Assembly: GCF_000025125.1 (NCBI RefSeq)
Contig: NC_013771.1
Span: 810,001-842,000, forward strand
DNA from: Candidatus Atelocyanobacterium thalassa isolate ALOHA
Lineage (GTDB): Bacteria; Cyanobacteriota; Cyanobacteriia; Cyanobacteriales; Microcystaceae
Direction of reading: 5' to 3'
Length of the DNA stretch: 32,000 nt
The notes under the pieces were generated by a model, which saw nothing but the letters and a program-made list of their open reading frames with translations, was not told the DNA's origin and did not search any database. Positions 19,731 through 30,668 of this stretch are shown one piece after another. Position 1 is the first letter of the stretch. Every line of letters starts with the position of its first letter. The position numbers were made by a program, and so were the translations under genes.

Positions 19731-20158
19731 TATATGTATTAATTAGCCATCAAATAAAAATTCATATGAATAATTTTTACTCTCAGAATATTTTGAAAGT
19801 CATTCTAAATAATATTATCTACATAACTTTATTCTAATAAAGATAAGTATATATAAAAAGAATTGAATACATTTAAGATCACCCCATAGTTAAAACAATT
19901 ATCATAAAAAATAAATGCATGTAATAGTGGTAAGTAAACCTGCACTATATACCGAAGACATTTATAATTGTCAGTAGCTTTAATGAAATAAGTATAAACT
20001 TTTATCAGTGTTAAAAACCTCTTATTAAATAAGATTAAAACTTCATTATTTTCAATAAATATCTTAAAAAATTATTAAAAATTACTAGACCCAAATAATA
20101 GGGGTATTTGAAATACAGTGACTTTTAAACATTCTTAATATAAAAAATATACTTACTT

Positions 20159-21616
20159 ATGAATAATAAAGAACTGTTGAATATTCTGAAAAAGGAAAAT
20201 CTGCCAGAAACAAAAATTAAAAATAATTCAGATCAAAAATTATCTCAAAATCTTTTAATTGATGCTGATTTGATGAAATTGATATCTGATTCAGTTGATA
20301 ATAATATATGGCAATTGCTTGAAGAAATTATTCAAGAGGCAGAGCTAAAGGCTTGGAGTTTATATGTTGTGGGCGGAATAGTTAGAGATTTATTCCTTTT
20401 AAAAAAGAATCAAAAAATACTAATACAAGATATTGACTTGGTTGTAGATAGTAATACTTCTCCTTCAAATATAGGTGCAGGCATAGAGTTAGCACAAACT
20501 TTAAAAAAACGCTATCCAGAAGTTCTTTTAACTGTGTACCATGATTTTAAAACAGCATCTTTATCATGGAATAAAGATAAAAAATATGGTTCAGTACAAA
20601 TTGATATTACAACATCAAGAACTGAAACATATCTCTACCCTTCTGCTAATCCAAAAATACAAATAGCCCCTATTGAACAAGACTTATTTAGAAGAGACTT
20701 TACCATAAATGCTTTAGCAGTAAAATTAACATCTCCTGCACAAGGAAAATTATTAGATTTATTTATGGGTTTATCGGATCTAAGAAAAGCTCAAATAAAG
20801 GTGTTGCATCCTAATAGTTTTCTTGAGGACCCAATCAGGATTTACAGAGCGGTAAAATTCGCCATACGCCTTGACTTTGATATAGAGGCTCAAACTATAC
20901 AGTACATTTACAATGCAACCAAGAATCAAACTTACGATCACCTAAAATTAGAAGTAAATATCATCCCTAGTCTAACCATACGTCTAAAAAATGAATTAAG
21001 ATCTATCTTACAGTCTAATTCTTGGAGAAAGTCCTTAGAGCTACTTTCTTGCTTTGGCGCTTTATATTACCTATATCCTGGGCTTATATTAAATTGCGAA
21101 ATTTTACGACAAATGCGTTATGTTTCTCGATTGATGAAATATAGTGATCCCCATCATAAAACAATAAAATGGCTACTTTTATTAGAAATATTACTTTCTT
21201 CAATTCCTTTAAAGGAAAGAAAAATTATTGCTATTAATTTACAACTACCTTCTGAGAGCATCAAAAGATTATCAGAGATACAAAACATTAACAAAGAAAT
21301 TAATCAAGGATTAAGAAAATATAGCAAAATTAGTGATAAAGTTAACCTACTTAACAAGTTCTATTGGATAGATTTAATTTTAGTTGCAGCACAATCTAAA
21401 AAAGAAATTCGTTATTTTATTTGGCGATATTTTACAAAACTTTCAAAAATTAGTTCTCCTTTAAATGGTTCTGATTTAAAAAACATAGGTTATTTGCCAG
21501 GACCAAGATACAAAGAAGCTCTCACAATTTTATTGGATAAGACACTAGATGGAGAAATTAAAACGAAACAAGAAGCAAAAATAATGGTCCAAACAATAAT
21601 GGAAAGACTTGATTGA
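20159..21616 (+). CDS. tRNA nucleotidyltransferase / poly(A) polymerase family protein (probable CCA-adding enzyme)
   Basis: 485 aa. The class II nucleotidyltransferase head carries GGIVRD, DIDLVV and RRDFTINALAV. The C-terminal body is divergent. Confidence 0.8.
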   Translation: MNNKELLNILKKENLPETKIKNNSDQKLSQNLLIDADLMKLISDSVDNNIWQLLEEIIQEAELKAWSLYVVGGIVRDLFLLKKNQKILIQDIDLVVDSNTSPSNIGAGIELAQTLKKRYPEVLLTVYHDFKTASLSWNKDKKYGSVQIDITTSRTETYLYPSANPKIQIAPIEQDLFRRDFTINALAVKLTSPAQGKLLDLFMGLSDLRKAQIKVLHPNSFLEDPIRIYRAVKFAIRLDFDIEAQTIQYIYNATKNQTYDHLKLEVNIIPSLTIRLKNELRSILQSNSWRKSLELLSCFGALYYLYPGLILNCEILRQMRYVSRLMKYSDPHHKTIKWLLLLEILLSSIPLKERKIIAINLQLPSESIKRLSEIQNINKEINQGLRKYSKISDKVNLLNKFYWIDLILVAAQSKKEIRYFIWRYFTKLSKISSPLNGSDLKNIGYLPGPRYKEALTILLDKTLDGEIKTKQEAKIMVQTIMERLD

Positions 21617-21948
21617 TTTTTTTGAATATTTATCAAAAAAAATTTAGTTATGGAATAAGATGTTCCTACTGAAATTTTAATAATAATTTCTTACATTTTT
21701 CAAACACTATTTATAACTTAATTAGATATCTACAAAGTCTGAATATTAGATACACTAAAACAATTAAATAAAAATATGTACATAATTAATTTAGGTTTAC
21801 TTTTTTATAAAAACTTATTTCTTATTTGATCTTATAGCTATTTATATAAACTAATGAAACAGCTCGAAAAAAATGCTGGTTTTGATATTATTAACTTTAG
21901 CTTTAATCAATATTATTTAACTTCGATGATATAAATATCTTGGCTAAT

Positions 21949-22218
21949 ATGAAAAATATGCAACTTATCAATATTGGGTTTGGTAATATTGTGTCTGCTA
22001 ATCGAATAGTTTCTATTGTCAGTCCAGATTCTGCCCCTATTAAACGTCTTGTTACTGATGCACGAGATAGAGGACAACTTATTGATGCCACATATGGTCG
22101 TCGCACTCGTGCTGTTATTATTACAGATTCTAGCCATATTATTTTATCTGCTATACAGCCGGAAACAATAGCTAATCGTTTTATTTCTGGCAAAGAAAAT
22201 ATTATAGATAGTAATTAG
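21949..22218 (+). CDS. remA: RemA/YlzA family (DUF370) DNA-binding protein
   Basis: [72 protein letters not shown] is a close match to the RemA consensus. It lies immediately upstream of gmk, as in Bacillus. The start is ATG 21949 or 21958; TTG 21940 in the ORF track is less likely. Confidence 0.85.
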   Translation: MKNMQLINIGFGNIVSANRIVSIVSPDSAPIKRLVTDARDRGQLIDATYGRRTRAVIITDSSHIILSAIQPETIANRFISGKENIIDSN

Positions 22219-22231
22219 TAATTTATTTTTT

Positions 22232-22786
22232 ATGATGTCAGGCAAACTTGTTGTATTAACTGGCCCTAGCGGTGTAGGAAAAGGCACAATAGTGCATTCT
22301 CTGTTAAATCGTTATCCAGATCTTTATTTATCAATTTCCGCGACCACTCGCTCTCCACGTGCTGGAGAAATTCATGGGAAGGACTATTATTTCGTCAACA
22401 ATGAAAAATTTGAAGAAATGATTCGACAAAATCAACTACTAGAATGGGCTCAATATGCTGGAAACTATTATGGGACACCACGTCTTAATATTGAAGATAA
22501 AATTAGTAAAGGATTTATTGTTCTTTTAGAGATAGAGGTTGCTGGAGCAAAAACAATCAAAAAAACTTTTTCTAATGTTTTAAGAATCTTTATATTACCA
22601 CCTTCTCTCACAGAACTCGAAAATCGTTTAAGAGGTAGAGCAACTGATTCTGAACAAGCTATTAAAAAACGGCTCAAACTTGCAAAAGAAGAATTAGCAG
22701 TTAGTCAAGAATTCGACAAGGTAATTATTAATAGCAACTTAGAGAAAACATTAGAGCAATTGGAATTAATTATATTTTCTGCATAA
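22232..22786 (+). CDS. gmk: Guanylate kinase
   Basis: 184 aa, P-loop GPSGVGKGT, ISATTRSPRAGEIHGKDYYF, LRGRATDSE. Confidence 0.95.
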   Translation: MMSGKLVVLTGPSGVGKGTIVHSLLNRYPDLYLSISATTRSPRAGEIHGKDYYFVNNEKFEEMIRQNQLLEWAQYAGNYYGTPRLNIEDKISKGFIVLLEIEVAGAKTIKKTFSNVLRIFILPPSLTELENRLRGRATDSEQAIKKRLKLAKEELAVSQEFDKVIINSNLEKTLEQLELIIFSA

Positions 22787-22810
22787 GAAACTATGTATTA
22801 AATACTAAAG

Positions 22811-23836
22811 CTACTTATGATATGACGCCCTTAACTGTCCACAAGCGGCATGTGTTTCAAGTCCTCTTGAATATCTAATACTTGTAGTAATTCCATACTT
22901 TTCAAGTTGATAGCAAAAGGCTTTAATTCTCTGAGGTGAAGACCGTTTATATTTAACTTCTTCAATAGGATTATAAGGAATTAAATTAACGTGGTTTTGA
23001 AACCCTTTAAGTAACTTAGCTAGTTCTACTGCTTGCTCTAGTGAATCATTAACTTCTTCCAAGAGGATATATTCAAATGTTAATCTTCTTTTCGTTATTT
23101 CAACATATTTTTTACAATCATTTATTAAGCTGGATAGAGTATAAAATTTCGACGTAGGAATTAGCTTCTCTCTTAATATTTGGTTAGAAGCATGAAGACT
23201 GACAGCAAAAGTAATCTGTAGCTTATGGTTAGCAAATTCTATAATTTTCTCAGGAATACCAACTGTTGATATAGTTAAAGAACGTTGTCCTATACCTATA
23301 TCTTGATTAATTATTTTTATTGCTTTTATTATTTCTTTTATATTTAATAGAGGTTCTCCCATACCCATGAATACCACGTGGCTAACCCTTTGTTGAAAGT
23401 CTTCTTGAACAGTTAAAATTTGATCTATAATTTCTGCGCAGGTTAAATTCCTTTTAAAATCTCCTTTTCCGGTTGCGCAGAAATCACATTTCATAGGACA
23501 TCCAACTTGTGAAGAGACACAAACAGTTAACCGTTTTGACGTTGGAATACCTACAGTTTCTATAATTAATCCATCTTGTAAATTTAATAAATATTTTCGA
23601 GTTTTATCTGGAGCAACTATGAGTTGATTAATACTAGAGCGACCTACCGGATAGTCTGCTATCTCTTTTCTCCAGTTTTTAGGAAATACGGATACTTCTT
23701 CCAGTGATTTAATACCTTTATGATATAACCACTGATGAAGCTGTTTCCCACGATAATTAGGCTGTCCTCGTTCTTCAACCCAATTAGTCAGTTCTTCTAT
23801 AGATTTACCTAGTAATATATCTTGTTTTAATTGCAT
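22811..23836 (-). CDS. rlmN: 23S rRNA/tRNA adenine-C2 methyltransferase RlmN (radical SAM)
   Basis: 341 aa, [12 protein letters not shown]-domain, radical SAM cluster [18 protein letters not shown]-terminal catalytic Cys in AACGQL. Confidence 0.93.
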   Translation of the reverse strand: MQLKQDILLGKSIEELTNWVEERGQPNYRGKQLHQWLYHKGIKSLEEVSVFPKNWRKEIADYPVGRSSINQLIVAPDKTRKYLLNLQDGLIIETVGIPTSKRLTVCVSSQVGCPMKCDFCATGKGDFKRNLTCAEIIDQILTVQEDFQQRVSHVVFMGMGEPLLNIKEIIKAIKIINQDIGIGQRSLTISTVGIPEKIIEFANHKLQITFAVSLHASNQILREKLIPTSKFYTLSSLINDCKKYVEITKRRLTFEYILLEEVNDSLEQAVELAKLLKGFQNHVNLIPYNPIEEVKYKRSSPQRIKAFCYQLEKYGITTSIRYSRGLETHAACGQLRASYHK

Positions 23837-24227
23837 GAAAAACTTACAAAATTAAATAATTTTATTTATAAAAAATAAACAATGTGTGAATTAAAGCTTA
23901 ACTAGAAACTATATCACAAGTTTTTTAGTAATATATGTTACTAAAAAACCAAAAACGAAAAATACATCATGCGTTTCATACCCAAAAAATTAAAAAGTAT
24001 TAACTCCAATCAGTATTAAAAGCTTATGTAGTATGTATATTACAAAAAGTGTTACTTGCTCATTATTAATATAAAAGTTATCATTAATAGGGGTTCATTA
24101 AATTAGTTACTTTTATTTAAAAATTTGAAAGTACACTAAACCATCAGTTGAAATAAATTAATACTGTAATACTCTTCAAAACATACTCTAAAAACTCATT
24201 TCAGAAAAGGATTTTAGGATAACAATA

Positions 24228-25799
24228 ATGAAAACACAGCGTATTTTATACTGTCGCCTTCCTTGTAATCCAATCTTTCCTATTGGTATAGTTTACTTAT
24301 CAGATCATGTACATAAGCTATTCCCTAATATTGAACAAAAAATTCTTGATCTGGGAACAGTACCTCCGTTAGATTTCAAAAAAACTTTAAAAGATTGTAT
24401 TGACGAATTTAAACCTACCTTGCTTATATTCTCCTGGAGAGATATTCAAATTTATGCTCCTGTAGGAGGCAGAAGCGGTAATCCTCTTCAAAATGCTTTT
24501 GAAGTATATTATTCACAAAATATTTTTACCCGTTTAAGAGGGGCACTAGGTGGCTTAAAGGTAGTAAAAGACTACTACAGTGAGTTATGGAGAAACGTAA
24601 ATTTAATAAAGCTAGGTTTTAAACAAGCGCGTAAATATCATTCAAAAGTAAGAGTAATAGTTGGAGGTGGGGCTGCAAGTGTATTTTACGAACAAGTACA
24701 ATATTATCTTCCTCGTGGAACTATTGTTTCAGTTGGTGAGGGTGAAGGCCTATTAAAGAAACTATTAAGCGGTCAAGATTTTTCCAATGAAAGATGCTAC
24801 GTAATAGGAGAAAACCAACCTCGTGAAAGATTAATACATGAGTTTCCTGAGCCCTTGTATAAAACATCCTGTGACTATGACTATATAGAAACTATTTGGA
24901 ACGAGTTTAATTATTACTTTGAAGAAAGTGATTTCTATATTGGTGTACAAACTAAACGAGGCTGTCCTCATAACTGTTGTTATTGCGTATACACAGTTGT
25001 TGAAGGTAAACAAGTTAGAATAAATCCTGTTAATGAAGTAGTTAAAGAAATGCAACAACTTTATAAAAGAGGAATTCGGAACTTTTGGTTTACAGATGCA
25101 CAATTTATACCTGCTCGCAAATTTATTAAAGATGCAGAAGAGTTATTAGAAGAAATCATTAAATCTGGTATGACAGATATCAATTGGGCAGCATACATTA
25201 GAGCAGATAATTTAACTCCAAAATTATGTGATTTAATGGTAAAAACAGGTATTAGTTATTTTGAAATTGGTATTACTAGTGGTTCGCAAGAATTAGTTAG
25301 AAAAATGCGAATGGGATACAATTTAAAAACTGTTCTACAAAATTGTCGTTTCTTAAAAGATGCAGGATTTAATAGTCTAGTCTCTGTTAATTATTCTTTT
25401 AATGTTATTGATGAGACATTTGATACTATTCGCCAAACTATCGCATATCACAGAACTTTAGAAGAGATATTTGGAAAAGACAAAGTTGAACCAGCTATTT
25501 TTTTTATTGGCCTACAACCTCACACACATTTAGAAGAATATGCATTTCAGCATAAAATTTTAAAACCTAATTATAATCCAATGAGCTTAATGCCTTGGAC
25601 AGCAAGAAAACTTTTATGGAATCCTGAGCCATTAGGAAGCTTCTTTGGCGAAGTTTGCCTACAAGCATGGAAAAAAAATCCTCACGACTTTGGTAGAGAA
25701 GTGATGGATATTCTAGAACACAAACTAGGGAAATCTAAAATAGAGCAAGCGTTATCTGCACCAATAATCTCTAAGGAAAAGCATTTTTCTCAAGTATAA
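24228..25799 (+). CDS. Radical SAM protein (523 aa) with an N-terminal B12-binding-like/flavodoxin-like domain; substrate unknown
   Basis: CxxxCxxC is present in TKRGCPHNCCYCVYT. The N-terminal ~200 aa (ILYCRLPCNPIFPIGIVYLSDH...VIVGGGAASVFYEQ) resembles the cobalamin-binding-like domain of class B radical SAM enzymes. An SD-like AGGA lies upstream of the ATG. Confidence 0.85.
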   Translation: MKTQRILYCRLPCNPIFPIGIVYLSDHVHKLFPNIEQKILDLGTVPPLDFKKTLKDCIDEFKPTLLIFSWRDIQIYAPVGGRSGNPLQNAFEVYYSQNIFTRLRGALGGLKVVKDYYSELWRNVNLIKLGFKQARKYHSKVRVIVGGGAASVFYEQVQYYLPRGTIVSVGEGEGLLKKLLSGQDFSNERCYVIGENQPRERLIHEFPEPLYKTSCDYDYIETIWNEFNYYFEESDFYIGVQTKRGCPHNCCYCVYTVVEGKQVRINPVNEVVKEMQQLYKRGIRNFWFTDAQFIPARKFIKDAEELLEEIIKSGMTDINWAAYIRADNLTPKLCDLMVKTGISYFEIGITSGSQELVRKMRMGYNLKTVLQNCRFLKDAGFNSLVSVNYSFNVIDETFDTIRQTIAYHRTLEEIFGKDKVEPAIFFIGLQPHTHLEEYAFQHKILKPNYNPMSLMPWTARKLLWNPEPLGSFFGEVCLQAWKKNPHDFGREVMDILEHKLGKSKIEQALSAPIISKEKHFSQV

Positions 25800-25996
25800 G
25801 TAGAAGTCATTGGCAAACTATATATATTAAATATATTATTTTTAATTCAAATTTTATTAACTCAAGATACTTGGGCAAATTTAAGTAAAATATTTGTCTA
25901 TCGAAAATTAGTCAATATGAATTAATTTTAGATCCACAACGAGCTTATATTGATGCATTGATTAGAATTTCTATAGATAATAGATGCAGAAAAAAC

Positions 25997-27739
25997 TTAA
26001 AACTGATCTAGTCTTTTAGCATATTGTTGTTCATAGAACTTCGCATAATGTCCTTTTTTAACTAATAATTGGTCGTGATTACCTGACTCGACGATTTGTC
26101 CATCTTCTAAGACTACTATGCAATCAGCATTTCTAATGGTACTCAGACGATGAGCGACAACAAAAACTGTACGATTTTCCATGACTCTTTCTAATGCCTC
26201 TTGGACCAAGGCTTCTGATGAAGAATCTAAAGCCGATGTAGCTTCATCTAATATCATAATACGAGGATTTAACATAACAGCTCTAGCAATTGCTATTCTC
26301 TGTTTTTGCCCTCCTGAAAGATTTACGCCTCTTTCTCCTACCCAAGTATGATAACCTTGAGGGAACTGCATAATAAATGAATGTGCATTTGCAATTTGTG
26401 AAGCTTTCTCTATTGCCTTAAAGTCTAATTGGTCTTGTCCATAAGCAATATTTTGAGCAATAGTACCTGAAAATAAAATATTTTCTTGTGGAACAATTCC
26501 AATCTGTCTTCGTAAACTAACTATATCAAGATCTCTAATATCTATATCGTCAATAGAAATTTTTCCTTTCTGAGGATCATAGAAACGCGAAATTAATTTT
26601 ACTAAAGTTGTTTTACCAGCTCCTGAAGCTCCGACTAGAGCGATGACTTGTCCAGGTTTAACTAATAAGTTGACATTTTTCAAAACTTGTTTATCTTGTT
26701 TGTAGTAGAAACTAACTTCTGAAAGTTCTACTTTACCTAATACTATCGGTAAGTTCAAAGAGTCTTTTTTCTGTTCGATTGCCGGTTGTACATCTATTAA
26801 TTCAAAAATACGATCTACAGATGCTTCAGCTTGTTTGAATTCATTATAATTACTTGTAATTAAATCAATTGGTTGGAGCAATATAGCAACTGCTGCCAAA
26901 TAGCTTACAAAGTCTTCTGATTTTAAATTTCCCTGAGAGATTTGCCATCCTCCAATAAAGAATAAAAACATGATACTGACAGCTTCCAAGAATCCAACAA
27001 TGGGATATTGAGTAGCTTTCAATTTCTCTGTTTTATATCTTGCATTTCTATTATGCCTAGCTTCCTGTGAAAACCTTTCAACTTCATAATCTTGCGCAGC
27101 AAATGCTTGTACTACACTAATACCGCTAAAAACTTCTGTAAGCAAAGACGATAAATTAGAAATTCGGCTTTGACTACGGCTAGATAATACTAATAATCTC
27201 TCTCCAAAGCTACTAACCAGAACTGCCATTAAAGGAGCTAAAACTAAGCTAGCAATAGTTAGTTGCCAATTCAGATAAAGCATATATAAAGGAATGACAA
27301 TCAATTGAAGTACGTTTGAAACAAATTGATGGGATAACTTATCTACAATTTCTCCAATTTTATCTATATCTTCAGTTAATCGATAAGTAAGGTCTCCTGT
27401 TGATGAAGTTTCAAAGTAATCTAGCCCTAACTTATGTAAGTGTGCATACGTTTTTTTGCGCACAGTTAAAACCATTTCCAAGGAGGCATTAATCATAAAG
27501 ATATTCTGTCCATATTGAAAAATACCTCGTATTAAGAAGGCTAATGCTCCTAATCCTAGCCAGTAAGTAACCTCTTGAAGTCTTCCTTGTCCAATATACA
27601 AAGATACTTTTCCTGCAAGATGTGGAAGCGATAAGGTTACTAGGACGAAACCTAAAATACATAACAATCCCTTAGATAGGGATAACCATTCTTTTAATAA
27701 ATAAGGTAATAAGCGTAACCAATTTGATTTTTTTTTCAT
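25997..27739 (-). CDS. ABC exporter, fused permease/ATPase half-transporter (MsbA/lipid-exporter-like)
   Basis: 580 aa with six N-terminal TM helices, Walker A GASGAGKTT, signature LSGGQKQRIAIARA, Walker B ILDEATSALD, and H-loop VVAHRL. Confidence 0.9.
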   Translation of the reverse strand: MKKKSNWLRLLPYLLKEWLSLSKGLLCILGFVLVTLSLPHLAGKVSLYIGQGRLQEVTYWLGLGALAFLIRGIFQYGQNIFMINASLEMVLTVRKKTYAHLHKLGLDYFETSSTGDLTYRLTEDIDKIGEIVDKLSHQFVSNVLQLIVIPLYMLYLNWQLTIASLVLAPLMAVLVSSFGERLLVLSSRSQSRISNLSSLLTEVFSGISVVQAFAAQDYEVERFSQEARHNRNARYKTEKLKATQYPIVGFLEAVSIMFLFFIGGWQISQGNLKSEDFVSYLAAVAILLQPIDLITSNYNEFKQAEASVDRIFELIDVQPAIEQKKDSLNLPIVLGKVELSEVSFYYKQDKQVLKNVNLLVKPGQVIALVGASGAGKTTLVKLISRFYDPQKGKISIDDIDIRDLDIVSLRRQIGIVPQENILFSGTIAQNIAYGQDQLDFKAIEKASQIANAHSFIMQFPQGYHTWVGERGVNLSGGQKQRIAIARAVMLNPRIMILDEATSALDSSSEALVQEALERVMENRTVFVVAHRLSTIRNADCIVVLEDGQIVESGNHDQLLVKKGHYAKFYEQQYAKRLDQF

Positions 27740-27812
27740 GTTAAAAAACTAGAACCATTTTTATCTTTCTGTTAGTAAATGGTGATTTTATAAACCTTTA
27801 ACTTAATAAATA

Positions 27813-29021
27813 TTAATTATTATTAACACCTAAATGTTTTAATAAAGAATTTGCAATTCTAATAGAAGCTCCAGGAGGACCAAATCTATTTTGCCCTTGT
27901 TCTATACAATCTAAGAGGTATTTTTTATTATTTATAGTATCTACTACGCATTTAGCAGCCTCTTTTAGAGTTTCTAATGATGCAGGGCCTGTTCCGATAG
28001 TCTGGGCACAGCTGCCAATTAATCTTGTTTGTGCTTCAGCGAAACTATAGGTAAACTGGGGGCCTTCTCCAGGTATTTGAATTACTGGCTTTCCAATAGC
28101 TATACCTTGATCTACTGCCAATCCTGCCATTCCGAGCATTAAAGTACATTCATGTAAAATATCATTAAAAGCATCTGAATAGCATAATATTTCTATACTT
28201 ACTGCATCATCCTTATAAATTAGTTTATTTCCATTACATTCCCACCCTTTGCTATCAGCAATTTCTCCTAATTTATGCATTAGTTTCGGAACTAGGGCTG
28301 CACGAAATTCAACTTTTGGGAAAGGTATAAGCTTACAAATTTCCAGAACAAGATCTAACTGTAATGTAAAGTTACGAATCGCTTCTGGTAGTCTTGAACC
28401 TGGTAGAAGAGCGATCATAGGATTATTAGTCTTAAGACTTAGATCTTTTCCAGTAGGCTTTAGTTTGTCAAGAGAAGGTATACCACCAAATTGAGCTTTA
28501 TTAATATGTTGATTTTGTAAATCTTGAGCAGTATAAGGATCTCTGGTAAACACAGTCAAACATCGAGAAGAACGTAAAAAGGTACCCAGGAGAGGACCTA
28601 TGTTTAATTTTCCTTCATAAAGAGCAGACAAGCAAGAAATGAAAGAAACATAAGGGCGACCAGTAGAATAAGCAAAACCTTGAGATATTGAATCTCCTGT
28701 AGCCATTATTAAATCACAAGTAGCAGAGTACTCCCAAACCTTTTGTAGCTGCCTCCAAGTTAAACCTAGTAATCCCGACTGTAAGTCTTTCAAAAAATGT
28801 AATCTATTAGTATAAGAGAAGCCACCAGATGGTATATTCTGTGTCGGGCCAATAATAGGAACTCCCAGTCGACGATAAGCATTACCTTCACCAACTATAG
28901 ACATTGCTGCTATATCTACATTGGGATATATCTCTAATAAAGTTTCAATAATATAAGATGAATGATTATCTTCTCCATGACCATTACTAATAAATAAGAT
29001 TCGTTTTGATGATGATGACAT
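27813..29021 (-). CDS. Lipid-A-disaccharide-synthase-related protein (cyanobacteria/plant-restricted LpxB-like GT-B family)
   Basis: ILFISNGHGEDNHSSYIIETL...IVGEGNAYRRLGVPIIGP...PSGGFSY and C-terminal LMLGMAGLAVDQGIAIGKPVIQIPG match my recollection of this family. The gene ends 73 bp upstream of the ABC exporter on the same strand. I prefer ATG 29021 (MSSSSKRILFISNGHGED) to TTG 29066. Confidence 0.72.
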   Translation of the reverse strand: MSSSSKRILFISNGHGEDNHSSYIIETLLEIYPNVDIAAMSIVGEGNAYRRLGVPIIGPTQNIPSGGFSYTNRLHFLKDLQSGLLGLTWRQLQKVWEYSATCDLIMATGDSISQGFAYSTGRPYVSFISCLSALYEGKLNIGPLLGTFLRSSRCLTVFTRDPYTAQDLQNQHINKAQFGGIPSLDKLKPTGKDLSLKTNNPMIALLPGSRLPEAIRNFTLQLDLVLEICKLIPFPKVEFRAALVPKLMHKLGEIADSKGWECNGNKLIYKDDAVSIEILCYSDAFNDILHECTLMLGMAGLAVDQGIAIGKPVIQIPGEGPQFTYSFAEAQTRLIGSCAQTIGTGPASLETLKEAAKCVVDTINNKKYLLDCIEQGQNRFGPPGASIRIANSLLKHLGVNNN

Positions 29022-29371
29022 AATGATTTTTTCAGGAAATTTCTGATAATTACTATTTAAACCCAAATTGTAGAATTTACTAATTTTGTTTTGAAAAAGT
29101 TATTTAAATATTACTAAACTAACTTTTGTAGGAGTTTAAAAATTTATCTAGCCGATTGAGGTTTCATAAAATGAAAATAACGTTAAATGAAATATAAACT
29201 GACTTTTAGCTCCCGAGAAAAATAAACACGAACTTCTCAGTTAGCATATATTAGTAGATCATATTCTGATTTATTAATGTAATTCTTCGACACATTATTT
29301 TGAATAAAAACTATGATAAATATCAACAAAAAATAAACGGTATTTATTATAATCTAAATTCATTTTTTTTA

Positions 29372-30613
29372 TTAGATTATTTTTGTAAAAAAATTAATAG
29401 TTTCTTTTAAAGCTACGATAAATTCATCTACTTCTTCAAGAGTATTATAAAAGTATAAACTTGCCCTAGCACTTCCTGAGATTTGTAACAAACGATGTAA
29501 CGGTTGAGTGCAGTGATCTCCAGAACGAATAGCTATTCCTTCATTATCTAATAAAGTTGACAAATCACTACCATGTATACCATTTACATTAAATGATGCT
29601 AGAGCAGCTCTTCCTGTACCATTTTTAATTTTTGTACCACCATAAATCCTAAGGTCTGGGATTTCTTCTAATCTTTGGAATAAATAACTCGATAACTGTT
29701 CTTCATAAGAATGGATAGTATCCATCCCTATCTCTGTTAAATAATCAACAGCTCTTCCTAAAGCTATTGCTTCTGCTATTGCTGGGGTTCCTGCTTCAAA
29801 TTTGTGAGGTAGTTCTCCATAAGTAAAATGATCAAGAAATACTTTATCTATCATTTCCCCTCCACCTAAGAATGGAGGCATTGATTCTAGGATTTCTCGT
29901 TTTCCATATAAAAAGCCAATACCTGAGGGACCACACATTTTATGACCACTTGCGACTAACCAATCACAGTCAATATTCTGCACATCAATTGGAGTATGTG
30001 GGACACTTTGACATGCATCAATAAGTACTTTAGCTCCAACACTATGAGATAGTCTAGTTATTTCTTCAACTGGGTTCATGCAACCTAGCATATTAGAGAC
30101 ATGAACTATGGAAACCAGTTTGGTTTTTTTAGATAAAATAGATTTAAAATGATCTAGATCAAGATCTTCATTCTCCGTTAATTGAATGTACTTTATGTTG
30201 GCTCCTGTCTGTTTAGCAATTATTTGCCATGGAATTAAATTACTATGATGTTCCATCACAGAAGTCAATATTTCATCTCCTGGCTTAAGATTGTTTAATC
30301 CCCAACTATAAGCAACTAAATTAATAGATTCTGTAGCATTTCTTGTGAAAATTATTTCTTCTCGATCATTTGAATTAATAAATTTTGCAAGTTTATCACG
30401 AGATGCTTCATAAGATTCTGTAGCTCTAATACTTAAGGAATGAGAACCACGATGAACGTTAGCATTATCTTTTTCATAGTAATGGCGTAAAGCATCAAGA
30501 ACAACTGTTGGTTTTTGAGACGTTGCAGCACTATCTAGATAAATTAAGGATTTGCCTTGTATTGTTTGATTTAAAACTGGAAACTCATTTCGAATATTTT
30601 GAATTAAAGTCAT
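29372..30613 (-). CDS. sufS: Cysteine desulfurase SufS (group II)
   Basis: 413 aa, PLP-lysine context [17 protein letters not shown], catalytic Cys loop RSGDHCTQP. It lies downstream of sufD. Confidence 0.93.
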   Translation of the reverse strand: MTLIQNIRNEFPVLNQTIQGKSLIYLDSAATSQKPTVVLDALRHYYEKDNANVHRGSHSLSIRATESYEASRDKLAKFINSNDREEIIFTRNATESINLVAYSWGLNNLKPGDEILTSVMEHHSNLIPWQIIAKQTGANIKYIQLTENEDLDLDHFKSILSKKTKLVSIVHVSNMLGCMNPVEEITRLSHSVGAKVLIDACQSVPHTPIDVQNIDCDWLVASGHKMCGPSGIGFLYGKREILESMPPFLGGGEMIDKVFLDHFTYGELPHKFEAGTPAIAEAIALGRAVDYLTEIGMDTIHSYEEQLSSYLFQRLEEIPDLRIYGGTKIKNGTGRAALASFNVNGIHGSDLSTLLDNEGIAIRSGDHCTQPLHRLLQISGSARASLYFYNTLEEVDEFIVALKETINFFTKII

Positions 30614-30668
30614 AATAAAATTACTGTAAGTATTTTACAATTCAATAGTTTGTGCAGATAAACTAATA

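Noticed and set aside
21903-22193. Two minus-strand ORFs (96 and 74 aa) opposite remA
   Set aside because: The plus-strand frame encodes an excellent RemA match, so the antisense frames are shadows.
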